Shown in pieces: positions 41,598 through 50,711 of a stretch of 64,000 nucleotides of DNA. The stretch is from contig CAXXMD010000002.1 in NCBI GenBank assembly GCA_963675755.2, positions 640,001-704,000 on the forward strand, given 5' to 3'. The stretch is from a bacterium (GTDB lineage Bacteria > Zhuqueibacterota > Zhuqueibacteria > Residuimicrobiales > Krinioviventaceae). The position numbers and the translations under genes are program-made. How positions within the stretch are numbered: position 1 is the first letter of the stretch; every line of letters starts with the position of its first letter. The notes below the pieces were generated by a model. That model searched no databases, had not been told where the DNA came from, and worked only from the letters and a program-made list of their open reading frames with translations.

Positions 41598-42653
41598 CTA
41601 ATCAAAATTTACTTTAGGTAATTGTACCATTAACGTTTCTATAACTCGAGCTATGGCCTGTGGTTCCTGTGCAAATACAAGATACCCATGTTCAGAATCA
41701 ACAGATGAATCCCATATTGTATGCCATCTCAAAAAGCGGTTGTCACCGGGACTATCAGGTGACCATTGATCTGCTTTTAGAAATATTCGGGGTGTTCCTG
41801 TTGTGTTAAATTCCCAATAGTCAGATGCACCGCGTACTGCATAAAGCGCTGCTGTTTGATCTGAACTGTGAGAATTTCCAATTTCTAATCCTCGTTTTGC
41901 AAAAGAAATTCGATACGCTTCACGAACCGGATTATCAAGAGGAGTATCAACCAGTTCGGCTCCGGTTTGTACTTTAGCGCCAACCTTACCGGAAAAGACA
42001 ATGGGAGTAGGCCAGTTTTCAACAACATATTTGCCTGACTCGTATGCTGCTGCTATCACCTGGTTTCCCAATAAATTCATTTGAGGACGGTAATTTGATA
42101 TGTCAGGAGGATCCCAACCTCCACCCATCAATACAAGCTGTTTTACTTTTTGAGTAACAAGCTGGTATCCCTCTTTATCATGCAGTAAATCTCGCAAGTT
42201 GGTTGTCCAGCCTACAGAAAGAATCGTTACGGATTTATCATCCGAGTTTAAAAGTAGGTTTTTGTATACGTCCAAAGCAGGAGGGACGTCTTTTCGCGAG
42301 ATTTTATCCTTGTGGAATTTGGGATTTAGAGCGATAGATTTTGCATATTCCATTTTACCGCCAAACCAGCGGGATATTGCATCATCTTTTTTGTATGAAC
42401 CAATGGGTATATCAGGCCGGCCATACCAGGTATTAATTGCATCAATTACACCAACACCAAATTCGTCAGATGTATTATGCATTACTGCTAGTATATTGCA
42501 TTCACCATTATCTGCCAATGCATGCAACATGCCCAGTGTAGCTGCATCATCAATATCCGATTCCATATCGGTTTCGTATATAATATTGACCTGCGCATGA
42601 GATGCAAAAGTAAGAAATATAATAACATTGATCAAAATTTTGATAATTCGCAT
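41598..42653 (-). CDS. Secreted nucleoside-hydrolase-family protein
   Basis: Signal peptide; ETDMESDIDDAA Asp cluster; VGWTTNL; LVLMGG. Confidence 0.75.
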   Translation of the reverse strand: MRIIKILINVIIFLTFASHAQVNIIYETDMESDIDDAATLGMLHALADNGECNILAVMHNTSDEFGVGVIDAINTWYGRPDIPIGSYKKDDAISRWFGGKMEYAKSIALNPKFHKDKISRKDVPPALDVYKNLLLNSDDKSVTILSVGWTTNLRDLLHDKEGYQLVTQKVKQLVLMGGGWDPPDISNYRPQMNLLGNQVIAAAYESGKYVVENWPTPIVFSGKVGAKVQTGAELVDTPLDNPVREAYRISFAKRGLEIGNSHSSDQTAALYAVRGASDYWEFNTTGTPRIFLKADQWSPDSPGDNRFLRWHTIWDSSVDSEHGYLVFAQEPQAIARVIETLMVQLPKVNFD

Positions 42654-42737
42654 GATAAAACCCTGGAGTTAATCCCTGATTCCTTTTTATTAATGTATAA
42701 AAAAATCACAGGGAGTCAATGCGAAAAATGAATTTGA

Positions 42738-43337
42738 TCAATTTTCTTCCAGTTCCAGATGCAAGTCACCACAAAGTATATTTTCTGTTACCGGAGATTT
42801 TTTAATCCGTAAGTACATATCCAGAACACCTTCAAATTCTCCGATAACATTACCAGAACCTTCATATGTATAAGACGATACAGGAGAATATTCATAAATC
42901 GCTTCATGCACACCAACTATTGCTTCGTTTCGGGATTCAACTGGTTCATACTGTTCAATTTTTACTCCGGCTGGAACTCTTTTCATAATCGATTTCATAT
43001 TGTGTGCAAATTCTTCTGTATAGATATGGAAATGAAATCTAAAATAGGCAGACTCTATCTTTTTTACCGCCTCAATGTGAATACCAATGGATTCCTGTGA
43101 TTGGTTTACAGCCAGTTTGAATTCACGCAGTACGTTTTCAGGTATGCATATTTGTGTATTGCAATGCAGTGAGAGATATTCTTTGAAAACATCTCCGAAT
43201 GTTTCTTTTTTAATACCGCCTTTACGTGGGAAAAAATAGGTAAAAGAGGAACCCCGTCCCTGCATGAATCCTTGTACAAAACCTTTAACGATAGGGAATG
43301 GGGTATCGAGCGAGAGAACATAAAATGGAGTTGCCAT
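42738..43337 (-). CDS. Hypothetical protein
   Basis: About 200-aa ORF with a GAGG RBS filling the intergenic space; no recognised motif. Confidence 0.6.
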   Translation of the reverse strand: MATPFYVLSLDTPFPIVKGFVQGFMQGRGSSFTYFFPRKGGIKKETFGDVFKEYLSLHCNTQICIPENVLREFKLAVNQSQESIGIHIEAVKKIESAYFRFHFHIYTEEFAHNMKSIMKRVPAGVKIEQYEPVESRNEAIVGVHEAIYEYSPVSSYTYEGSGNVIGEFEGVLDMYLRIKKSPVTENILCGDLHLELEEN

Positions 43338-43573
43338 GTTACACCTCATAATAAAGTAAATGATTTATTTACTCATCTGAACACCAGCAAACCCGTAGTA
43401 TATCGTCTTTATTTTCATAACCAAAAATTTTGTATTTTTGTTCCATATATGCAAGCTATTTGTTATTGATTAAAATTGTAAATCCAGATACATTATTTTC
43501 ATTTGAATTTCTTGATTATTTTTATATATTAAAAGTTTACAATTGATATATATTCACAATCAAAGGAAGAAAC

Positions 43574-46035
43574 ATGGCAGACGAGTTAAATTTCAATCAG
43601 ATTGAAAAAAAATGGCAAACAAAATGGGAAGAAACTGAACTCTACAAGGTTAATCTCACTGAAACTGAAAAAAAACTGTATTGCCTGGTCATGTTTCTAT
43701 ATCCCAGTGGAGATAAATTGCATATTGGTCACTGGTATAATTATGGTCCAACAGATACATGGGCCAGATTTAAACGCATGCAGGGATATAATGTATTTGA
43801 ACCCATGGGGTATGATGCGTTTGGTCTACCTGCCGAAAATTATGCAATCAAAGTAGGTGTGCCTCCACAGACGAGTACCGATAATAATATTAAATATATT
43901 CGTGGTCAATTAAAAGCAATGGGCGCCATGTATGACTGGTCAAAAGAGATTAATACCAGTTCTCCGGAATACTATAAATGGACCCAGTGGTTATTTTTAC
44001 AATTGTATAAAAACAATCTGGCATATCGCAAAAAAGCGTCTGTAAACTGGTGTCCTGATTGCCAGACTGTACTTGCAAACGAGCAGGTAGTTGATGGTTT
44101 GTGTGAAAGATGTGACTCTGAAGTTGAAATGAAGGACCTGAAGCAATGGTTTTTCAAAATTACAGATTACGCTGAGCGCTTATTAGAAGGTCATGATCGT
44201 ATCGATTGGCCGGATAAAACAATTGCAATGCAGAAAAACTGGATCGGGAAAAGTATTGGCGCTACAATTAAATTCAAAGTTGAAAATAAAGATACTGAAA
44301 TTGAAGTCTTTACAACTCGTCCTGATACCGTTTTTGGTGTTACCTATATGGTATTGGGCCCCTGAAAACGAGCTGGTATCTGATTTAACTACAAAAGATA
44401 ATGAAGACAAGGTAAAGGAATACATCAAGCAGACTCGCAGGACAAAAGAGATTGACAGGCTCTCAACTGAGCGGGGAAAAAACCGGAGTCTTTACCGGAA
44501 GTTATTGTATCAATCCTTTTACCGGAGATAAAGTCCAGATCTGGATTGCTGATTACGTTCTTGTTACTTATGGAACCGGTGCGGTTATGGCTGTGCCCGC
44601 TCATGATGAACGTGATTTTGCATTTGCTAAAAAATACAATCTTCCTATCAAAGAAGTGATCTCAAAAACAGGAGAGACCTCTAAAGAAGAACTTGAAGAA
44701 GCTTTTATAGCTCCTGGCGTGATGGTCAATTCCGGACAGTTTGATGGTACAGAATCCGTTAAAGGAAAACAAGCTATTATTGATTATATGCAGGAAAATA
44801 ACATTGGTGATGCCAAAGTTAACTATAAATTGAGGGACTGGTTGATTTCACGTCAACGATATTGGGGAGCACCCATACCAATTATCTATTGTGATGATTG
44901 TGGAGAAGTACCGGTTCCTGAAGATCAGCTACCTGTCAAGTTACCCCAGGATGTTGAATTCAAGGGTAAAGGCGAATCTCCATTGTTATCAAGCGAATCC
45001 TTTTTGAACGCACCTTGTCCTAAATGTGGCAAAATGGGAAAACGCGAAGCAGATACCATGGATACATTTGTATGTTCTTCGTGGTACTTTTTGAGATATC
45101 CTAATCCGGATATGGATGATAAAGCCTTTGATAAAGAACGTATTAACAAATGGTTACCCGTTGATCAATATGTTGGTGGTGCGGAACATGCCGTAATGCA
45201 TTTATTGTATGCACGATTCTTTACAAAAGCATTGTATGATTTTGGTTTGATCAACTTTGATGAGCCCTTTACGAGACTTGTACACCAGGGTGTAATTACC
45301 GCCGCCGGGGCAAAAATGTCCAAATCTCGCGGTAACGTAGTGAATCCTGATTCATTTGTTGAAAAATATGGCTCAGATACATTTAGATTGTACATGATGT
45401 TTATGGGCGCTTATGAAGAAGGCGGCGACTGGAACGATGATGGTATTGCCGGTATATATCGTTTTATCAAACGTGTTTGGCGCTTAATTGAACAGGTAAC
45501 TGAAGAAAAACCAACAGGTAAGGAAAAAGATGAAAAATATGCACCTGTTGAGCGTCAGTTGCATTATGCAATTAAACATGCAACCCAGGACCTGGACAGA
45601 TTCCATTTCAATACTGCAATCAGTCGAATTATGGAGTTGGTAAACGAGATCTATTTGTATCTGCAGGAAGTGCCAATACAGCATCAATATGAAGGATTAT
45701 TATCTGATGTGGCAATTAAGCTGGTCAAGTTGATGTCACCATTTGCACCGCATCTATCAGAAGAAATGTGGGAAATGCTGGGACAACCATACAGTGTTTT
45801 CAACCAGGAATGGCCGGATTATGATGAGGATAAACTGGTATTAGATACAATTAACTTGGGAATTCAAGTAAATGGCAAAATCAGGGCCCAGATTCAAACA
45901 GCCGCAGATGCAAGTGATGATGAAATTCTAACGATAGCTTTGGCTGATGATAAAGTATCTAAACATGTCGAAGGTAAAAATATTGTTAAAAAGTTTGTAG
46001 TACAAAAGAAACTAGTAATTATTGTTGTTAAATAG
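43574..46035 (+). CDS. leuS: Leucyl-tRNA synthetase interrupted by two +1 frameshifts (probable sequence errors)
   Basis: [45 protein letters not shown] and KMSKS spread over three frames; extra G at 44356-58 and at 44473-76. Confidence 0.93.
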
Positions 46036-46057
46036 ATACAATTACATATTAAAAAGC

Positions 46058-46095
46058 AAAAGCGATTCATTATTTATTAATGAATCGCTTTTTTT
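46058..46095. terminator. Bidirectional intrinsic terminator
   Basis: AAAAGCGATTCATTA…TAATGAATCGCTTTTTTT. Confidence 0.8.
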
Positions 46096-46183
46096 ATATA
46101 CACATATATGGATAAACGGGGGATTGATAATATGCACAAGTTAACATAACTATTATTATGCATATTTATATGGATATAACAGA

Positions 46184-47608
46184 CTATCCCATAACTTCTT
46201 TAATCGCATCCCGTGCTTTGGTTTTTAATGGCGATTTAAACTTTGACCAGACAATCTCTTCAAAGTTTTCAATGGCCTTGTCATTTTCACCAATACTTTT
46301 CAATGCTTTACCAAGATAATATCTTGCAGTCAGATTGTGATTGTTCATCTTGACTGCATCATCTAAAAAGCTGATACTCTCTGAAACTTTGTCAAGTTTA
46401 AACAGACTTTTACCAATCAATGTCAGAACTGAACTATCCTGTTTGCCCATTTCAAATGCATTACGGGCTGATTGTCCAGAATTTTCATATTGCTCTGCCG
46501 CATCATAAATGATTGCAGCCTGTTTAAAGAATATTGGCCGGCTATCAGACTCGTACGCGATAGCTTTATTGATAGACATAATTGCGTCATCAAAATTTCC
46601 TGTACGCGCCTGGCATGATGCTAATGAAGCCCAAACTTCAACATCCGTTTCACGGTATTTCAGATATTCATTATACTTTTCAATGGATTTTTCATATTTA
46701 CCATCGATAAAGTATTGATATCCTTCAGCATACAGCAAATTTATATTTTCAGGCTCTTTGGTTCTCGCAAGTTGTGTTTCTTCTGCTGGAATTACTATGG
46801 CTGATTCGGTTACCTGCTTCTCCGGTACTTGCGTTTCCAGCTTTTTGATCATTTGATTTGCAATTTCGATCATTTTAATATCTGTCGAAATTTTTGTTAC
46901 AGCTCTGTAATATCGAATTGCACTTTCCGGATCATTTAACAAATTGTATAATTTACCCAAACCCAGATAAGCTTTGGGTTCTTTTGGTGATAATTCAACT
47001 ACACGATCAAAACACTTGATTGCTTTGTCATATTTAGACAACATGCTGTACAAAGCACCCAGATTAATCAATGCCTGAATGTTTTTTCGGCTTAAAAGTA
47101 AACCATTTCGGGTAAATTCCTCGGCTTTGTCATATTTCTTTTGCTTGGAATATACACTACCCAGCACAAAATAAGCTCTGAAATATACAGGACAAATACG
47201 AATAGCTTCTAAACAGCAATCTATTCCCTTTTCAGAATTTTGAGCTGAAAAATAACCAAGTCCGAGATTATAATGATAATCCGGATCAACAGGATTAATT
47301 TCTATGGCACGCAGCCACAGCTCAATTGCTTTATCTACTTGTTTGCTTCTAATCGCTTCAAGTGCCTGTTTGTTAAGCTCATCAGCTTCTTGTATTGTAG
47401 GATTAAAAATCCAGGATATAATGGCTCTATCTTCAAGAAGCTCGATTTCCTGAAGTTTTTCAGCGCCTTTGAAACGTTCCTTGAGCAGCTCAGCTAAAGA
47501 AGCACGTTGCTCATCTTCAGATAGCAATTGTAATTCCTGGTATTCCTGTATAAAGTCTGCTAAAAGAATCTCAACTTTAATTATTTTGTTTTTATTTGTC
47601 TCAGTCAT
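46184..47608 (-). CDS. Tetratricopeptide repeat protein
   Basis: Many TPR units (YHYNLGLGY, AYFVLGSVY, ALINLGALY, AYLGLGKLY, ARYYLGKAL). Confidence 0.88.
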   Translation of the reverse strand: MTETNKNKIIKVEILLADFIQEYQELQLLSEDEQRASLAELLKERFKGAEKLQEIELLEDRAIISWIFNPTIQEADELNKQALEAIRSKQVDKAIELWLRAIEINPVDPDYHYNLGLGYFSAQNSEKGIDCCLEAIRICPVYFRAYFVLGSVYSKQKKYDKAEEFTRNGLLLSRKNIQALINLGALYSMLSKYDKAIKCFDRVVELSPKEPKAYLGLGKLYNLLNDPESAIRYYRAVTKISTDIKMIEIANQMIKKLETQVPEKQVTESAIVIPAEETQLARTKEPENINLLYAEGYQYFIDGKYEKSIEKYNEYLKYRETDVEVWASLASCQARTGNFDDAIMSINKAIAYESDSRPIFFKQAAIIYDAAEQYENSGQSARNAFEMGKQDSSVLTLIGKSLFKLDKVSESISFLDDAVKMNNHNLTARYYLGKALKSIGENDKAIENFEEIVWSKFKSPLKTKARDAIKEVMG

Positions 47609-47665
47609 TTTCCATTTCTTCGATTGTTGTTATTTCCAGCTCTTAATATACATCATTATATACAG

Positions 47666-49696
47666 TTATTCAAGCATTTTGCCGAATTGTACCAATAACT
47701 TTTTATTTTCATAGTAATTGTATGGGCCTGGATGAGATCCAATATGATTTCTCATATGTGTTACAACGATATTGGATTCCGGAATAACTGCATTTACAAC
47801 ATTACCGGCTCCGGACATTACAAAGCCTCCTTCCTTTTCAAATAACCACCAAAGAAGTCCATATCGCCCACCATCAGAGTCTCGTGTTCCATGATATTTC
47901 CAGATTTCAGACTTGTCATGTGCATTAAAGTAATGATGCCCTTCAAATGTTCCATTACTTGTCATGAGTTGGCCAAAACGATTAAATTCGCGTGCAGTAG
48001 TATACAAACCTGAACTGCATCTGTATCCTGGTGCAATAAGCGCAAAGTGCTGAGCAGTTTCTGAAAAATCACCGGCTATACAAGGCAGCAATGGTAATTC
48101 ATTTGTATATTCATAAATATACTTTGTATTTTTAGTATTTAATGGTCCCAGTATTCTTTCGTTTAAAAGAACTTCCAAATCCTTGCCGGCAGCGGCTTCA
48201 AGCGCACGTTCAAGAATATGCATACCCAGTGTTGAATATAAAAATACATCACCCGGATTCTCTCTAATTTCAATGCGATACAAATCTATTGGCGGAATTA
48301 ATACAATTCTCCCATCTTGCATTTCAGCATCTGGTAAAAATACACCGGACGTATGTGATGCCAGGTGTCTCAGTGTTACGGACTTGCGGCTGAACGGCCC
48401 ATTACCATCAGATTTGAACGCCGGTAAAAATAAACCGACCGGTTCGTCTAATTTTATCAGACTATCCTTCATCATAGACAGCATCAGGGCTGAAATATAG
48501 GATTTTGTACACGAAAATAACGGCCACATTGAATTTTTGTCAATTTCAGATTCTGGTTTTTGAGGTTCAGAGCCTGTAAAATACTTTTCGTAGAGAATTT
48601 CAGGTCCCCTGCTTATAATTAATGCTCCGGATGTAGGTCGCAATGCATCCATGGTTTTTAAAACTGCATTTTCCAGATCAACAATATCCGGATCAGTTGT
48701 GTTAAAAACCAATGGCTGCCGTGTGAAATCTGCAATAGCATTATAAAGCATCTCGTCATCTTTTTTACCATGAAATTCAAATGGATAGTGCTGATTCAGT
48801 TCCAGGTTCATATAGCCCCAGGAACATTTATTTTCAACACAGGCTCGTAATGCATTAACAGCATCAATGCCGATTTTATCATCTTCATTGCAGACCAGTG
48901 GTTTATCAAATACCTGCAGTGCTTTAATTCTTGCAGGGATAGTATCTGCTGGTGTGTTGTTAAAATGGATCAGAATAAAGTCACATTCCTTGGCCAATTG
49001 AGGATTCATCCTACCATTACCCAATCCACTCGTAGAAACCAGCAATTCATTGCTATTCTTTCGAACAACATCTATTAGCTCAAGTTGGCCTTTAACTGTT
49101 TTGATTATGTCATGATTATAACCTGAATGCGGGTATTCGTTGGCAATTTCAAGTAAAATGTTTTTATGATGGCTATCTGATATCCATTTGCAAACATTTG
49201 CAACTGCATTTTTCACCGCATCAGCATCCTGAAGAATCTGGTCCTGTCTTTGATAAAAGCAACCCAATATAACTGCCATTTCATTTTCGCTGCATGCACG
49301 TATAACCTTATCGACGCGTTTCATATAATCCGGATCAAGATCACCATTTTTATCAAAAGCAGAATTCACTGCTCCCTCATAGCCCGGCATACCGCCTTGC
49401 AAATTTAATGTAAACGCCGTAACTCCTTGCTGCTTATAGAGTTTTATTGATTCAATAAAGTTATTAGTGTTTATTTCTGGTGAAAAACCTGGCTTTGAAT
49501 CGTCAGTAAAAATACTGTTAACCATTCTTACATTGATCAACAAACCTTCAGCAAGTGTATTGGGATTGGTAATATTTCCATTAATCGTCCAGTTATTTTC
49601 TTTTAATGCAATAACTGTTTTTGTGCCTGAATTGCAGCCGATTATGAAAATTAAAATAATTAATAGTGATAAAGCGTGAACATTTAATTTGTTCAT
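47666..49696 (-). CDS. Lipoprotein fusion: GH-A-like TIM barrel + beta-lactamase-family serine hydrolase
   Basis: Lipobox IIGC; EIANEY and VCNED Glu motifs; SCTK (SxxK), LASHTSG, FLYST; start at ATG 49696 with a GGAGAGG RBS. Confidence 0.7.
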   Translation of the reverse strand: MNKLNVHALSLLIILIFIIGCNSGTKTVIALKENNWTINGNITNPNTLAEGLLINVRMVNSIFTDDSKPGFSPEINTNNFIESIKLYKQQGVTAFTLNLQGGMPGYEGAVNSAFDKNGDLDPDYMKRVDKVIRACSENEMAVILGCFYQRQDQILQDADAVKNAVANVCKWISDSHHKNILLEIANEYPHSGYNHDIIKTVKGQLELIDVVRKNSNELLVSTSGLGNGRMNPQLAKECDFILIHFNNTPADTIPARIKALQVFDKPLVCNEDDKIGIDAVNALRACVENKCSWGYMNLELNQHYPFEFHGKKDDEMLYNAIADFTRQPLVFNTTDPDIVDLENAVLKTMDALRPTSGALIISRGPEILYEKYFTGSEPQKPESEIDKNSMWPLFSCTKSYISALMLSMMKDSLIKLDEPVGLFLPAFKSDGNGPFSRKSVTLRHLASHTSGVFLPDAEMQDGRIVLIPPIDLYRIEIRENPGDVFLYSTLGMHILERALEAAAGKDLEVLLNERILGPLNTKNTKYIYEYTNELPLLPCIAGDFSETAQHFALIAPGYRCSSGLYTTAREFNRFGQLMTSNGTFEGHHYFNAHDKSEIWKYHGTRDSDGGRYGLLWWLFEKEGGFVMSGAGNVVNAVIPESNIVVTHMRNHIGSHPGPYNYYENKKLLVQFGKMLE

Positions 49697-49709
49697 TTCC
49701 CTCTCCATT

Positions 49710-50693
49710 TCAGCATAATTTGCCGTCAGTGTAATCATTACGAGCCCAGCACAATGCATGCGGACCTGCCAGATGGGCCATTCTGCCTTCAAGTGATCTA
49801 TTAGATGAATCTACGTTCTCAAGTCCTGCTATTTCTTTTACCAGTGAAACATTTTCTTCAAGTGTTTGGATGCCATAATGACCAATCAAGGCGGTTGCTA
49901 TACCGGGTTGAGACAAGGCGTATCCCATCAATTCCCTGGCTGTTGCCTCTTTGCCAACAATGTCGCGCATAACTTTCATAGCCAGTGTGCCAATATTACG
50001 TTCCCGAGCTAAAGGTAATGCTACTTTTGCAAAATCTCCATATTGGGTAGGATTCATTGCCAGAATGCAAACATCAGGATCCAATTTCTCTATAAACTCT
50101 TTGGATTTTTCTGCACTGTTCATACTTGAAAAACCGATATTACGGGCAACACCTTGTTCCTTGAGTGACCGCATCTTTTTATAAACACCTCGCTCAATAC
50201 TTGAAATGTCTTCATCAGGCTCAATGCTGTGTACCATTAACACATCAACATAATCGGTTTTTAAATCTTTTAAACTTTTCTCAAATTCTTTCATTGCACC
50301 ATCAACATCTCTTGAATCGAATTTTGTAGAGATATAAATATCTTTTCTATATTTCGGCAAGATTAAACCTAATCGCTGTTCACTGCTCATACTTGCATTA
50401 AATAAATAAGACGAACTGGTATCAAAAAAGTTAACTCCCAGTTCAATTGCACGTTCAAGCAGCGGCTCCCATTCACCATCAGGATTTTTAAGAAATTGCG
50501 ATCCACTGCCAAAAGAAAGCAAGGAAACCTCTAAACCGGTAGCGCCCAGTATTCTTTTAGGCATTGATCCCACAATAGCTTTGGGATCGGATTGTTTTTG
50601 CGCACAGCCTGGAACTATTGAAACCGCTGCTGCGGTACTTGCGGTTTGTATAAACTGGCGTCTGGAAATATTGGGTTTATTTTCGTTAAACAT
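49710..50693 (-). CDS. Tat-exported aldo/keto reductase
   Basis: SRRQFI Tat motif; MPKRILGATG, NFFDTS..Y, ISTK, SLKDLKTDYVD, IGFS, AMK. Confidence 0.82.
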   Translation of the reverse strand: MFNENKPNISRRQFIQTASTAAAVSIVPGCAQKQSDPKAIVGSMPKRILGATGLEVSLLSFGSGSQFLKNPDGEWEPLLERAIELGVNFFDTSSSYLFNASMSSEQRLGLILPKYRKDIYISTKFDSRDVDGAMKEFEKSLKDLKTDYVDVLMVHSIEPDEDISSIERGVYKKMRSLKEQGVARNIGFSSMNSAEKSKEFIEKLDPDVCILAMNPTQYGDFAKVALPLARERNIGTLAMKVMRDIVGKEATARELMGYALSQPGIATALIGHYGIQTLEENVSLVKEIAGLENVDSSNRSLEGRMAHLAGPHALCWARNDYTDGKLC

Positions 50694-50711
50694 ATTATTC
50701 TCCTGTCCAAT

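Noticed and set aside
37144-43500. Prophage or integrative element at tRNA-Pro
   Set aside because: No integrase, phage genes or duplicated tRNA 3' end seen
43574-46035. leuS as a true pseudogene or a natural two-subunit LeuRS
   Set aside because: Only two single-G homopolymer insertions, no other decay, and no RBS/start for a second subunit
49710-49715. Cys-TGA at the end of the aldo/keto reductase as a possible CU selenoprotein motif
   Set aside because: No SECIS-like hairpin follows; the next gene's RBS and ATG begin within 14 nt
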